From Octopus vulgaris (taxonomy: Eukaryota), in the NCBI GenBank assembly GCA_951406725.2, contig OX597818.1, forward strand, positions 43,896,001-43,960,000: a stretch of 64,000 nt of DNA, read 5' to 3'. Below are positions 25,536-37,880 of the stretch, one piece after another. Each line of letters starts with the position of its first letter. The first letter of the stretch is position 1. The notes beneath the pieces are model-generated. The model saw only the letters and a list, made by a program, of their open reading frames with translations. It ran no database searches and was not told the DNA's origin. The position numbers were made by a program, and so were the translations under genes.

Positions 25536-27206
25536 TATATATGATAATGATAATGTTTGTCTCTATCCTGACATTGTATGACTGCTGGAAATGAATGTCA
25601 TTCATTTCCAATATTCTGCAAAAACATGTCTGGCCATGGTGAAATAATATCTTGCTTGGAAACAATTAAAAGTTGGTAACAGGAAAGGTATCCAGCTATA
25701 GAAAATCTGCCCCAAACTCGATCCAACTCATGCAAGCATGGAAAAGTGGATGTTAAAAACGATGATGATGATCACCATGATGGAAATGAAACCAAATTTT
25801 TATAGTTCCTTTCTGAATTTTCTGAGAATTTTCTCAAAACTTTCAGCTAACTTATGGGTCAATGATTCTATGTATATTAACTTTTTTGCAAAGTATTCTT
25901 AATTACTTGAGATTTCAGAACTAACTTACATAAGAATTTTGCTTGATATCTGTTAATCAATTCTATGCTATACTGAGATGTTAGTTTAATTTTATGAGAA
26001 GAATTTTGTTTCAAAGAGTGGAGGAAAGAGGGGAAAATGAAATAACACAAGCTACATAGTCGGCTGTCTGTATACAGTTCAACACAATGTTCATCATTGT
26101 CTGATTAAGAGAGGTTTTCTTTTTTAAGAGAGAGAAAGTGCTGCTAAAGTTTTTCACTGGACAAAGTAACTTTTCTCTCATTCAGATGTTCTATCAATTG
26201 TCTTCATTTTGCAGATGAAAGAATAGTGACATTAAAAGCACCCATCAACTGAAATGTCTCAGGAAACCACAACCAACAATATCATAATCATTACGAGTTT
26301 GCTTAGATGTTCTGTACAGGTGTGATGTTGATTAATAGGTAAAATATCCTATGTAGGACAGTTTGATCTGTTATCTTTGTGTAAGACTCAAAGGTTCAGT
26401 GAATTAATTCACAGTAATGTGTTACTTTCAAAAATAATTTGATGCTGAAAGAGGAATTCTGATATACATCTTAAGAGAAATTCTTAAAAACAAGATTTTC
26501 TTTCAGAGCAGTCGGTCTGTTTCATTTTAATAAAGCAGTATTTACTGACAGTCATTTCCATTGAAATTAAATACCAATTTAAGTTACACTTGCAAAAGGT
26601 CAATTTATGGGCAGTTTTGATTGAAAGAACAAAAAAGAAAAAAAAAAGAAAGAAAGAAAAAGAAATTGTTAAGAATTAAAAAGAAAATGTTAAATACAAC
26701 AATAAATGTAATGTATTTTTTGCTCTCTTTCTTTAGAAGAACTCTTTGCCATACATAGTATATTTATTATGATTAATCAACATCATTTCTGTACAAGATA
26801 TCTAGTCAGGAGAAAAGTCAGTGATAATATGGCTTTTAGAAATGATTTCCTAAGAGGTTTCTGTTAACGAGTGTGCTTAATGCCACCATTCTCTTCTGAA
26901 GACAATTGGTAGTACACTTAATGAGATCAAAGTTATTTTCTAATGCTAAGAACTTTAACCAATACTTCTCTCTTTTGAAAAAGAAAACCATCCTTATTCA
27001 AACGATTATGGACATCAAGCTGACCTATTTACACATAGCTTATTGTGTAGATTGTGTTACTTTATTTTACCTATCTCTCCTGACATTCTGAAAGAAAAAA
27101 TTTTAAAAGTTTAATTAATTTAATACAAATACTCAATAAGTAACCTCTACAAACAACTGTTGTAGCATATTTAGACATTTAGTGGTTCATTCTATGTCCT
27201 GTTTAA

Positions 27207-27426
27207 CCCTCTTATTACTGTATTTATTTTGAGATGCTCTGTCTTTCTTTCAATTACTTTAAATATAACAAAGAATTTAGCAAAATAACTTAGTTATCAT
27301 TAAGCTAGTGATAGGAACATAAATTGTGACTAAGGTTTGGTGGAAGATTTTAATTTAAAACTTATGAAAACAAAACATTTGTACTCAGAGCTAGAGCTGG
27401 TTTTAGCCAGGTTGGTAACGAAAGGG
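27207..27426. mobile_element. piggyBac-like MITE
   Basis: TTAA|CCCTCTTATTAC ... GTAACGAAAGGG|TTAA. A second copy lies in the opposite orientation at 35741-35928. Confidence 0.8.
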
Positions 27427-28968
27427 TTAAAAGAAAGTGTTAAAAACCAAGGAAGTAAAGTTTGTAATAACTAGTGAGAACACAGTATCTACCAACCCAC
27501 TGACCAATATTGAAGACTCTTAGCATTAGATATGTGATGCTGATGATGGTGATATTTAAAGAATATTACTTTAAACATTATTTAAAGAACATAAAAAGAT
27601 ATAACATAAAATACATTTTTATTCTGGGGTTTGCCATTTCAATCTATTTCTTCCCCCAATATATTTTCTGTTTCTTTCAGACTTTTATCGGCATTCATTA
27701 ACTTATTTTATGTCCACATTTCTCCCACACTGCTACAAAACAATTTCAATGTGGAGCAGTTTAGAGATGGTATTACTATATAGTTTTCATGTACCTTATT
27801 TTATGGACTTACTATGAATGCATTTATATTATCTGGGCCTTGGTGCTATTTTGATAGCATTTTTCTATTTTTCGTTATCTGGTTATCAGTATTTATTTTC
27901 ACTCTTGATTCTTTATTCTTGTAAAAAGAAAAAAACATCTGAGAGAAAGTGACATTCTTCCAAGGCTAATTCTCATTGAAATATAAGCTGCATCAACACA
28001 ACATCCACTACTCTGGAATAGAGTTTCTTCAAAGCAAAAAAATGTTCAAAGTGTTGACATAAGATATGGATTTTTATCAACTGTCTCTTGAGGAGAACAG
28101 CTTTTTTTTTTTAAGAGAACACTGTAATACAACGACAAAGGAACTTGTGAAAGATTCCTTTAATGGTCAGGTTCTTTAAAAACATTTCATATTTTCAAAG
28201 CAAACACTACAGTATAAAAAGGTAAGCATCTCGTGAGCCAAATCTGTAAAGTTGGTTCTCAGTTTCAACTATTTTATTCAACTTACATTACTAATGCAAC
28301 CGAAGAAGACATGAATGTTACAAGTATCTTTACCAGGAACGAGCCACGGGAAGCTTTGCTGAAGTATGAGATTCATAAGAAGCTATACTTTGAAATGGTT
28401 GTTTTCTTAGTATTAGTAAATGTTGCCTAGTTTTTGTTTGATAAATGAATAAAATACCCTTTCTAGGTAGGAATAACTAGATTACATTACAAGTAATTAA
28501 TAAAAAAAAATGCAATATTATGTAAATTGATCCATGCATCTATGTGCATTCATTCATCAGAACTAAACAACTAAAGGTCAATAGAAATATATATACCAGA
28601 TAAAATGCATTCTCGTTGTAGAAAAAGTGAGATTCAGATGACTTAACATTATACTTTAGTCAGATCATAATTGCTAAGTAATAATGTATAAAACAAATTT
28701 CAGCTTAATATATCCCAAAATGGAAATCCTTATAATTACAGCCAAAGATAAAACTTCATACCATGAAAATATAAATAGATATTTTGGCTGGTAATAGAGC
28801 TTGAGTGTGGAGTTGTACCAATGGTTTAATATGAGTAGATAATAGATAACATTCTGGCAGGATGCCTGTCTTAAACAAAGTCTGACTACCACCATAGACA
28901 ATAAGGTGCCAATCTAAAATAAAATAATACAGGGAATTCTCCTGAATTTGACCACTTCACTTGGTATT

Positions 28969-29389
28969 CTACTCTCTTTTTACTCTTTTACTTGTTTCAG
29001 TCAGTTGACTGTGGCCATGCTGGAGCGCCGCCTTTAGTCGAGCAAATTGACCCCGGGACTTATCCTTTGTAAGCCCAGTACTTATTCTATCGGTCTCTTT
29101 TGCCGAACCGCTAAGTAACGGGGACATAAACACACCAGCATCGGTTGTCAAGCAATGCTAGGGGGACAAACACAGACACACAAACATACACGCACACACA
29201 CATATATATATATATACATATATATACGACGGGTTTCTTTCAGTTTCCGTCTACCAAATCCACTCACAAGGCTTTGGTCGGCCTGAGGCTATAGTAGAAG
29301 ACACTTGCCCAAGGTGCCATGCAGTGGGACTGAACCCGGAACCATGTGGTTGGTAAGCAAGCTACTTACCACACAGCCACTCCTATGCC
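28969..29389 (-). mobile_element. SINE family A copy
   Basis: Near-identical reverse complement of 15669-16078. Confidence 0.9.
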
Positions 29390-29865
29390 TTACATGCTTT
29401 AACTAATCAAAGTTTCTTTCTTTTTTGCATTGTTTGAAAAAGATAAGATGGTCACATTTAGAATATCCTTGATCACAATATCTGATGCGGGACTAAATAA
29501 CAAAAGCAATTAAACCCTATCCTATCTTTCTTACTAGAAGTAACTTAAGTATCATGTGAAATAATTGTCTTCTTAACTATTGAACTAAGGTAGGGTTTCT
29601 GTGTACAGGCTCCAGCTATTTTAAGTAGTAACTAATCTTTTCTTCCTTAATGCACTGTATTATTTCTATAATGGGGATCATATGACAACATCTCTCATAA
29701 TAAATAGGAAGCTTATGGACAGAACATTATTAAATGACTGAAATTCAGTCTGTTCCAATACAATGGACATTCTTTATTGGCATTTAGAACTGAGGGTTGT
29801 TCAAGCAGTTTGATAGATTAGCTTGGCTAATGAAAAATTCCAATGTACATATGTATATATATATA

Positions 29866-30253
29866 GGAGTGGCTGTGTGGTAAGTAGCTTGTTTACCAAC
29901 CACATGGTTCCGGGTTCAGTCCCACTGTGTGGCACCTTGGGCAAGTGTCTTCTACTATAGCCCCGGGCTGACCAAAGCCTTGTGAGTGGATTTGGTAGAC
30001 GGAAACTGAAAGAAGCCCGTCGCATATATGTATATATATATATATGCGTGTGTGTGTTTGTCCCCCTAGCATTGCTTGACAACCGATGCTGGTGTGTTTA
30101 TGTCCCCCGTTACTTAGCGGTTCGGCAAAAGAGACCGATAGAATAAGTACTGGGCTTACAAAAGAATAAGTCCCGGGGTTGAGTTGCTCGAATAAAGGCA
30201 GTGCTCCAACATGGCCGCAGTCAAATGACTGAAACAAGTAAAAGAGTAAAGAG
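29866..30253 (+). mobile_element. SINE family A copy
   Basis: Near-identical to 15669-16078. Ends about 240 nt upstream of nested exon 2. Confidence 0.9.
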
Positions 30254-30492
30254 TATATATGTACATATATGAGTGTGATAAAGGTACACACACACATTCA
30301 AATGTTACAACTTATAAATAAAAGTGAAAAAGTGTATTCAATACATAGAAAAAAGAATTCAGTTTCAGAGAGAGGGAGGGGAGAGAGAAAAAGAGGGGTT
30401 ATTGGTATTTCTATAAAATTCATAAACGTTTTTATGTGGTACATTAGTCAAAGCAGAAATTTAATCCTCAATGTTTCTTTTTTCTTCTGCAG

Positions 30493-30619
30493 TTCTTATC
30501 AAAGGCCAGTGTAACACAGCTCAGATCCATCAAGCATTGACAGGTTGTCAGACAGAAAGATTAATCCTGTCAAATACAAGCGAAATTGTCAATGACACCA
30601 ATTACACCAAACTCTGCAA
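30493..30619 (+). CDS. Nested gene, coding exon 2: Cys1-Cys3
   Basis: Acceptor TTTCTTTTTTCTTCTGCAG and donor AA|GTGAGT, 127 nt, phase 1/2. Translates (V)LIKGQCNTAQIHQALTGCQTERLILSNTSEIVNDTNYTKLC(K). Confidence 0.9.
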
Positions 30620-30694
30620 GTGAGTCAGAAATATTTTCAGATTTGTTTGTTTCTCTTTTCTCATTCTATTTACACAAGGTCTACAAACTGATAT

Positions 30695-30950
30695 ACTCTT
30701 TTTACTCTTTTACTCGATTCAGTCATTTGACTGTGGCCATGCTGGAGCAACGCCTTTAGTCGAGCAAATCGACCCCAGGACTTATTTTTGTAGGCCTAGT
30801 ACTTATTCTATTGGTCTTTTTTTGCTGAACAGCTAAATTACGGGGACGTAATCACACCAGCATAGGTTGTCAAGCGATGTTGGGGGGACAAACACAGATG
30901 CTGGGAGGACAAACACAGACACACAAACATACACACACACACACACACAA

Positions 30951-31000
<50 letters not shown>

Positions 31001-31172
31001 ATATATACGACAGGCTTCTTTCAGTTTCCGTCTATCAAATCCACTCACAAGGCTTTGGTCAGCCTGAGGCTATAGTAAAAGACACTTGCCCAAGGTACCA
31101 TGCAGTAGGACTGAACCCAGAACTATGTGATTGGTAAGCAAGCTACTTACCACACAGCCACTCCTGCGCCTA
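30695..31172 (-). mobile_element. SINE family A copy
   Basis: Reverse orientation, starting about 75 nt downstream of nested exon 2. Confidence 0.9.
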
Positions 31173-32680
31173 TGCACATAAAAATGTATATTTTCTTGCA
31201 TTTTTTGCATTTGAAGGAGCAATTTTGGTAGTTACAACTGGATAAGAGGCCTTATTCTTTCATTCTATATCCACACCTTCATGTTTCTAGACGAATGTAG
31301 ATTATTGCTGCTGACAACACAAACACACACTTCCACCCTACCACTTTAATTCCAGCTTATGAAAAACTTGAAACATTCAGGTCGCTTAATTTTATGTGTG
31401 GTTGTGTGGTTAAGAAGTTTGCTTTTAGACTATGCAACTTGGTTTCAGTCCCACTAAGTGGCACCTTCGGTGTCTTTTACTACTGCGGATTTGGTAGACA
31501 GAAATGGAAAAGAAACCCTTTTGTATACATATACACTCACACATGCACACATACATGTGTGCGTGTGTGTGTTTATGCAAACTCTTTTCTAGACATCATG
31601 TGATGATTGTAAATGTACATGGCCATCATACAAGTAAGGTTTGTTGTTTCCAGTCTTCCATGGGAAAATATGTCTTGCTCTGGGAAAATATAACTCTGCT
31701 TGGAAACAGGTGAAGATTGGTAACAAAAAGGGTATCTCACCTTACAAAAAAGTCTGCCTCCACAAATTGTTTGACTTATTATAAGCATGAAAAAGTGGAT
31801 ATTTAACTGATGGTAATGATGATGATGATGATGATGGTGTCTTTCATTTGAGGCTGCAAGATGCAATGACCAGTTGTGTGTGTCTAATATCGGTGATCAC
31901 ATGGGTGTCTCTCTTTGCAACAACAAATTATCTTTTCAGGAAAACATTACTTTCCCCTTCTCTGTTATGGAGTGTACAAATAAAATATACCTCCAAACAT
32001 TTATACATATAAACTTTTAAGTATTTGAAAGTAACAATGCCACCTCACTAGCTTCTCTATTGCTACATATCCTCAGTAAGATGAAATTTCCAGGGTATGA
32101 AGTACAAAAGGGCTTACTTCATTGTTTTGGATAAGTGAACTAGTTGCAATGAATGCTTCTCTGATACCAATTTTGTCATGGTAAGATATGTTCAGAGCCT
32201 TAACTGGTTGTCTAATAACTTGCTGTGTTAAAAATAATCCTGGACTTAGATAGCATTTTGGATCCTATGTTCATATAAATTCTATCATCACCACAATCCT
32301 CTTTTTCAACTGGGGCAATCAGGTATCTCCCCTACAACAAGACACTTTTTTCTGTTGCTCATGAACTGGCATAAAGCCACCAAACTCAATACAAACCCTT
32401 CTCAGTTGAGGAGAGGAGGGTCTTGCCATGCAAGTTACTTGGTGACCTCACTAGTGCTGGTGCCACATAAAAAGTACTCAGTACACTCTGTCAAGTGGTT
32501 GGTGTTAGGAAGGGTATCCAGCCATAGAAACCATGTAAAAGCAGATAGAGCTTGATGTAGTCCCCTGGCTTGCCATCTCCTGTTGGACCATTGACCCCAT
32601 GCCAGCATAGGAAACATGTTAAAATGATGACGATAATGCTCAAAATGTTGAAACATAAATTCAACAATTTGATTTTATCT

Positions 32681-32954
32681 GTTCTATATTTAAGAGATGA
32701 GGAATTATGTACGTTATTTACATTTGATGGATATTTGTCCTCATTGTATTTGTTGTTGACACAACGTTTCGACTGATATACCCTCCAGCCTTCATCAGGT
32801 GCCTTGGGGAAATTTCAAACCTGGGTTCTCATTCCTAAGATATTTTTTGATGTTGTTATTATTATTATTATTATTATTATCATTATTATTCAGGTCACTG
32901 CCTGGAATCGAACTTTACTAACCCCAAGATTCCGAGTTCAATTCCCGGCAGTGA

Positions 32955-32998
<44 letters not shown>

Positions 32999-33141
32999 GC
33001 ATTGAAAAATACCTTAGGAATGAGAACCCAGGCTCGAAATTTCCCCAAGACACCTGATGAAGGCTGGAGGGTATATCAGCCAAAACGTTGTCTTAACAAC
33101 AAACAAGATGAGGACAAATATCCGTCAAATGTAAATAATGT
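32681..33141. mobile_element. Penelope-style inverted element with tRNA-like head remnant and hammerhead motif, copy 1
   Basis: Two inverted arms (about 32681-32914 minus, 32916-33141 plus), each with a CTGATGA-stem-(G/A)AAAC motif. Flanked by a near-perfect duplication TTGATTTT(T)ATCT. Confidence 0.8.
32758..32803 (-). ncRNA. Minimal type I hammerhead ribozyme
   Basis: Minus strand reads GGCAC-CTGATGA-A-GGCTG-GAGGGTATAT-CAGTC-GAAAC-GTT-GTGTC. Stem I GGCAC/GTGTC, stem II GGCTG/CAGTC, palindromic AACGTT in place of stem III, GUU cleavage triplet. Confidence 0.75.
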
Positions 33142-35740
33142 TGATTTTTATCTAATGGGAAATAGCCATCAACTGGCAAAGAACAAAAAAGGAGAAGTAA
33201 ATAGGAGTTAAGATATTTGTATCATTTCCGCTGACATTATCAGCATAAAAGAAGAGAAAGAGGCCAACAGTTTGATAGGCTTCTCTATCTATTTTTGACT
33301 CAGTACACTTCTAATTCTTTGTAGGGGAGTAACCCCTTACAAGGAAAACTATTTTTTTTTTCAAATGTAGATTATTTTTCTCTCAATTTCAAGTCTAACA
33401 AACCAGAGAAAATTTATAAAACAAGTAAATTAGTTTTACTTGATCATTCATAAAATAATTATTTGTGGAATTTTGCAGTAAAACATTTTAAGATTAGTTT
33501 TCTATTCACAAGACTGAAAATAATTGAATAGAAATTTAACAGAAGCCAATGTTTAAAATTTTGAAAAGCAAGCAGCTGGTAATAAAAGTAGAATGTTGGA
33601 CAAAAATGGCTTACAGTATTAAGTTTTGTATCCCTATATTAGAGAGTTCAAATCTCAGTAGGTTTGACTTAGTCTTTCATCTAACAAGGGCTAATAAAAC
33701 AAATATCAGTGATGTTCTGCCATCAATTCTATTGCCTTTACTCCTTCTCAAACCTCATTACATGCAGAGACAAACAAATCAGTATTTGAAAATTCTGAGT
33801 AACATATTACTTCCACTCCCTAACACAACCCACCCAATCACCTTTTGAACTCTATCCTCTCATTTTTCTCAACCCTGGCACTAATCCCTTTCTTCCTTCC
33901 TGTCATACTCCTCCATTCTTCATTTACCTACTATCTCACAACCCTCTACCAAGGTCCCTTAGTTATAGAGAGCACTGTAAATACTTAGCTTTGGTGACAT
34001 GAAAATATATAAAAAAAGAAAAGGGCCCAGTACACACTATAAAGTGGTTGGCATTAGGAAGAGCATCCAGCTATAGAAACCACGCCAAAGCAGACACAGA
34101 TGCATGACACAGTCAATTCATCAGACCCTAGCAAACCTCTGACCTATACCAGCAAGGGAACCAGACATCAAAAAACTGAAAATTCATACTTTTGTTGAAA
34201 TTTGTGTTCCACCAACTGGATGGAACCAGTAAAAGAGTAATCTATTTTTATTCCTTCATACACACATGCCCACGCTCACACACACACTGCGCACAAATAT
34301 ATGAGGGTCTTTCTTTGAACTAAAGTAATGCATAAGAAAACAATGTTATCTTTGGAATTCTGCAATACCTACCAGCAGAACAGGTAAACCATTCCAAGAG
34401 ATAACAAAGTAATACAACACGGTATCTGAAGGGGAAGCTATAATAATAAAAATGTATTCTGGATAAATATGGAGAGTGGTATTGGGGAAGCGTTTTAGGT
34501 TTAGAAACAATAAGAACAGACTAAAATAAAATGAATTTATTTGAAATTAAACAGAGTACAGCAAACAAGTAAATCTTTATCATCAAAAATCATTTAACAA
34601 TGTTCATCTTCGGCTTTATGTTTCATATACTTCACATTTGGGATCTTCAACTATTGCAACATTCTAAAGCATTATTATTACTGTGCTGTGTGTTGTTGTA
34701 AACCTATTTTGGTATAGATCGTAACAGCTAAGGTTAACTTGAACTTTATCCTCATGTTTGGGTGAAATAATCCCCATCCAAAGAACGTATGCATTATAAA
34801 GCCTTCAACAAATAAATGAACTGTCAGAATGGCATGTTAAGCAGAGACGTTCTCTTTTCTCAGAAATATTAGTAGATACAAAATTGTGCACTGTTATTTG
34901 AGTTCTAAGTATGGATATAAAGTATTTCCTGTTATGGAGGTAATTCTATATGAGCCTCATGTCACTGCTGAAAATTAAACTAATTTTCAGAAAATAGTTT
35001 ATTTCTGCGCCTGGTCAAATATTTGACTAATTCAATGTTTTCTTTATTATTTGTCTGGGAAAGCTTAAGCTTCTTGCATTTTCTTAAATATCTCTACTTA
35101 TAATTCTTCAAATGTTAGAATAACTTTGTTGAGAAAGAAGGATCAATTTTATGTGGAATTTCTTAACACTTTTTCTGAAGCATTGAAGTGTTTAAAATTC
35201 ACATTAGATTAGATGTTTAGATTAAATTTACATTACATCAGATGTTTAAAGTTTACATAGGGTCTTTTCTTATACAAAGTTTAACAAGCTGCAGACAACA
35301 AGCTTCAAGTCTTTACACTAACCTCTGCTCCAGCTACCACTATACATCAGGTATATGTCTCAGCTTTCCATATTAACACTATCGTCTAAATTTCAGAATG
35401 ATGCAATGATTTTAGTACTCACCAATGTTCCTCCTAATGTCTAAATAATCAGTATGCACAGAAATCTTACGTTGTGCAATTTTTCCTACTGATAAAATTA
35501 TCTGCGCAATGAATGTATGATAGATATAATTATAATGGATTGCAGAATAGAAAACACAAGTTGGGTACTCAGAAACACAGAAAGACAGTTAACTTCCTTA
35601 AACATTTAGTGTTTATAATGTGGTGTCAAAATTTTTGTTATTGAAACTGTGACTTGGTCAATGACAAATTTGTCAGTGATCAGGTTGCAGTTTTGAGTGA
35701 TGAAAAATTTGACACCATATTACAAACACTAAATGTTTAA

Positions 35741-35928
35741 CTCTTTTGTTACCAACCCAGCTGTAATACAAATGTCATGTTTTCATAAGTTTTGAATTAA
35801 AATCTTCCACCAAACCTTAGTCACAATTTATGTTCCTAACACTAGCTTAATGATAACTAAGTTCTTTGTTATATTTAAAGTAATTGAAAGAAACACAACA
35901 TCTCAAAATAAATACAGTAACGAAAGGG
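35741..35928. mobile_element. piggyBac-like MITE, second copy, inserted in a foldback repeat
   Basis: Reverse complement of 27207-27426 with small deletions. Left TTAA, right ATAA. Confidence 0.8.
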
Positions 35929-36402
35929 ATAAGTGAAGTTAACTGTCTTTATGTGCTTGTAATGTGGTGTCAAAAGATTTTTATTTTCAACCTGTGACTT
36001 GGTCAATGACAAATTTGTCAGTGATCAGGCTGCAGTTTTGAGTGATGAAAAATTTGACATCATATTACAAACACTAAATGTTTAAGTGAAGTTAACTGTC
36101 TTTGTGTGCTTCTGAATGGTTAACTCGAGTCTTCCACATGGCAATCATTTCAGTTTCAATGTACAATCTCAGATCAAAACATGTGCCATGTAGGTACATA
36201 CTCTCTTTACTCTTTTACTTGTTTCAGTCGTTTGACTGTGGCCATGCTGGAGCACCGTCTTTAGTCGAGGAAATCGACCCCAAGACTTATTCTTTGTAAG
36301 CCTAGTACTTATTCTATCGGTCTCTTTTGCCAAACCGCTAAGTTACGGGGGACATCGGTTGTCAAGCGATGTTGGGGGGACAAACACAGACACACACACA
36401 CA

Positions 36403-36448
<46 letters not shown>

Positions 36449-36620
36449 GACGAGCTTCTTTCAGTTTCCGTCTACCAAATCCACTCACAAGGCTTTGGTC
36501 GACCTGAGGCTATAGCAGAAGACACTTGCCCAAGGTGCCACGCAGTGGGACTGAGCCTAGAATCATAAGGTTGGTAAGCAAGCTACTTACCGCACAGCCA
36601 CTCCTACACCTCATAAAATG

Positions 36621-36810
36621 TAATTATTAATGTCTACATTATCTTAAGCAACAAACAAAAATCCAGACGTGTACATTAATTTTGTTAAGCTATGTGCATG
36701 AACATTTTGCAATGTTTGGGCACATAGCTTAACAAAATTAACGAAATTTTTGTTTGTTGCTTAAAATAATGTAGATATTAATAACTATATTAAATGTTCA
36801 TGCACATAGC
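36621..36810. repeat. Foldback palindrome with partial third copy
   Basis: TTATTAATGTCTACATTATCTTAAGCAACAAACAAAAAT...TAATTTTGTTAAGCTATGTGC pairs with GCACATAGCTTAACAAAATTA...ATTTTTGTTTGTTGCTTAAAATAATGTAGATATTAATAA. Confidence 0.8.
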
Positions 36811-37451
36811 TCTGAGAGAACAGTGTTAGTCAGTCACTGATAGCTGATACCATTTTTGCTGTATTTCTTTCACTTCTTTCTGAGTTCAAATCTTGTTATG
36901 TTTAACTTAGCTGTTCATCTCTCAATGATTGACAAAATAAATACTATTTACTTAAATGAGATCAATTCAATTGATTATGCTATTCCACGAAAATTTGTGG
37001 CTTGTGTGAGTTTGTGTGTATATGGGTCCACAGATTGCCGAGATACATTTGTATTTGGCTCAGTTTATGGTTCCAAGTTAAAAGGGGTTAAACTTATGTC
37101 TTTATTTTGTCACTTAAAGATACTGGGAACTGAACCATTCTCCTGAAAAAAGTGCATTGTACAGAGCAAAGATATTTTAGTACTACTTGTTTCTAAAAAG
37201 GGTGGTGAACAGGCAGAATTATTAGTACAGTCAACAAAATGCTTAGCAGCAGTTCTTTGAAAATTCCACTAATATCTACTTACTTTGCCTTCTGTCCTTT
37301 TGGGATCAGTAAAATAAGTGACAGTTGAGGATTGGCATCAATATAATTGACTAGCTACTCTTCCCCAATATTCCAAGCCTTGTGTATATAGTAGAAAGAG
37401 TTATTGCTTGTTTCTCATTATTTTTAAATTTCAAGAGGTAAAATATATTTG

Positions 37452-37880
37452 GGAGCTTTTCGGTTTGAACGGCAGTTTTTTCTAGCAGTGTCATATGAAA
37501 TTGTCACCCATAATTATGACCCTAGTATCGATCTATTGCATTTCAATCTATTTTAGGGTTAGGGTTAGAGTTAGGGTTAGGGGTGGAGGAAGGGTATCTT
37601 TTTTTTCTTCAGAAATGTAAATAAACCCAATCTGTTTCTTAAACGAGGGACATTTTCATACGGCACATAATGTTTTCACCTCAATAGACGTCATTGATTG
37701 GTTGAAATTGCAGAAACTGAAGAAAAAAAACAACAAATATCTTACAAACTATAGAATTTTCTCAATAAAGTCAAGAGAAAAAGATGTTTTATAAACACAT
37801 TCTACCAGTATACGAAGTTTAAAAGTGTTTAGTTATGTGGAAATTATTTTTAAAAACTGCCGTTCAAACCGAAAAGATCC
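37452..37880. mobile_element. MITE with about 29-bp TIRs, 8-bp TSD and internal TTAGGG repeats (Merlin-like or MULE-like)
   Basis: TIRs GGAGCTTTTCGGTTTGAACGGCAGTTTTT / AAAAACTGCCGTTCAAACCGAAAAGATCC. TSD TATATTTG at 37444-37451 and 37881-37888. Confidence 0.85.

Noticed and set aside
29801-30297. Recurrent ORFs such as GLLSVSVYQIHSQGFGRPEAIVEDTCPRCHAVG at many positions
   Set aside because: These are translations of the non-coding SINE family A, not a protein family.
34864-34939. Plus-strand phase 2/0 open exon candidate (NISRYKIVHCYLSSKYGYKVFPVME)
   Set aside because: Its exit phase is incompatible with nested exons 3 and 4, and 41628-41752 completes the Cys pattern without it.
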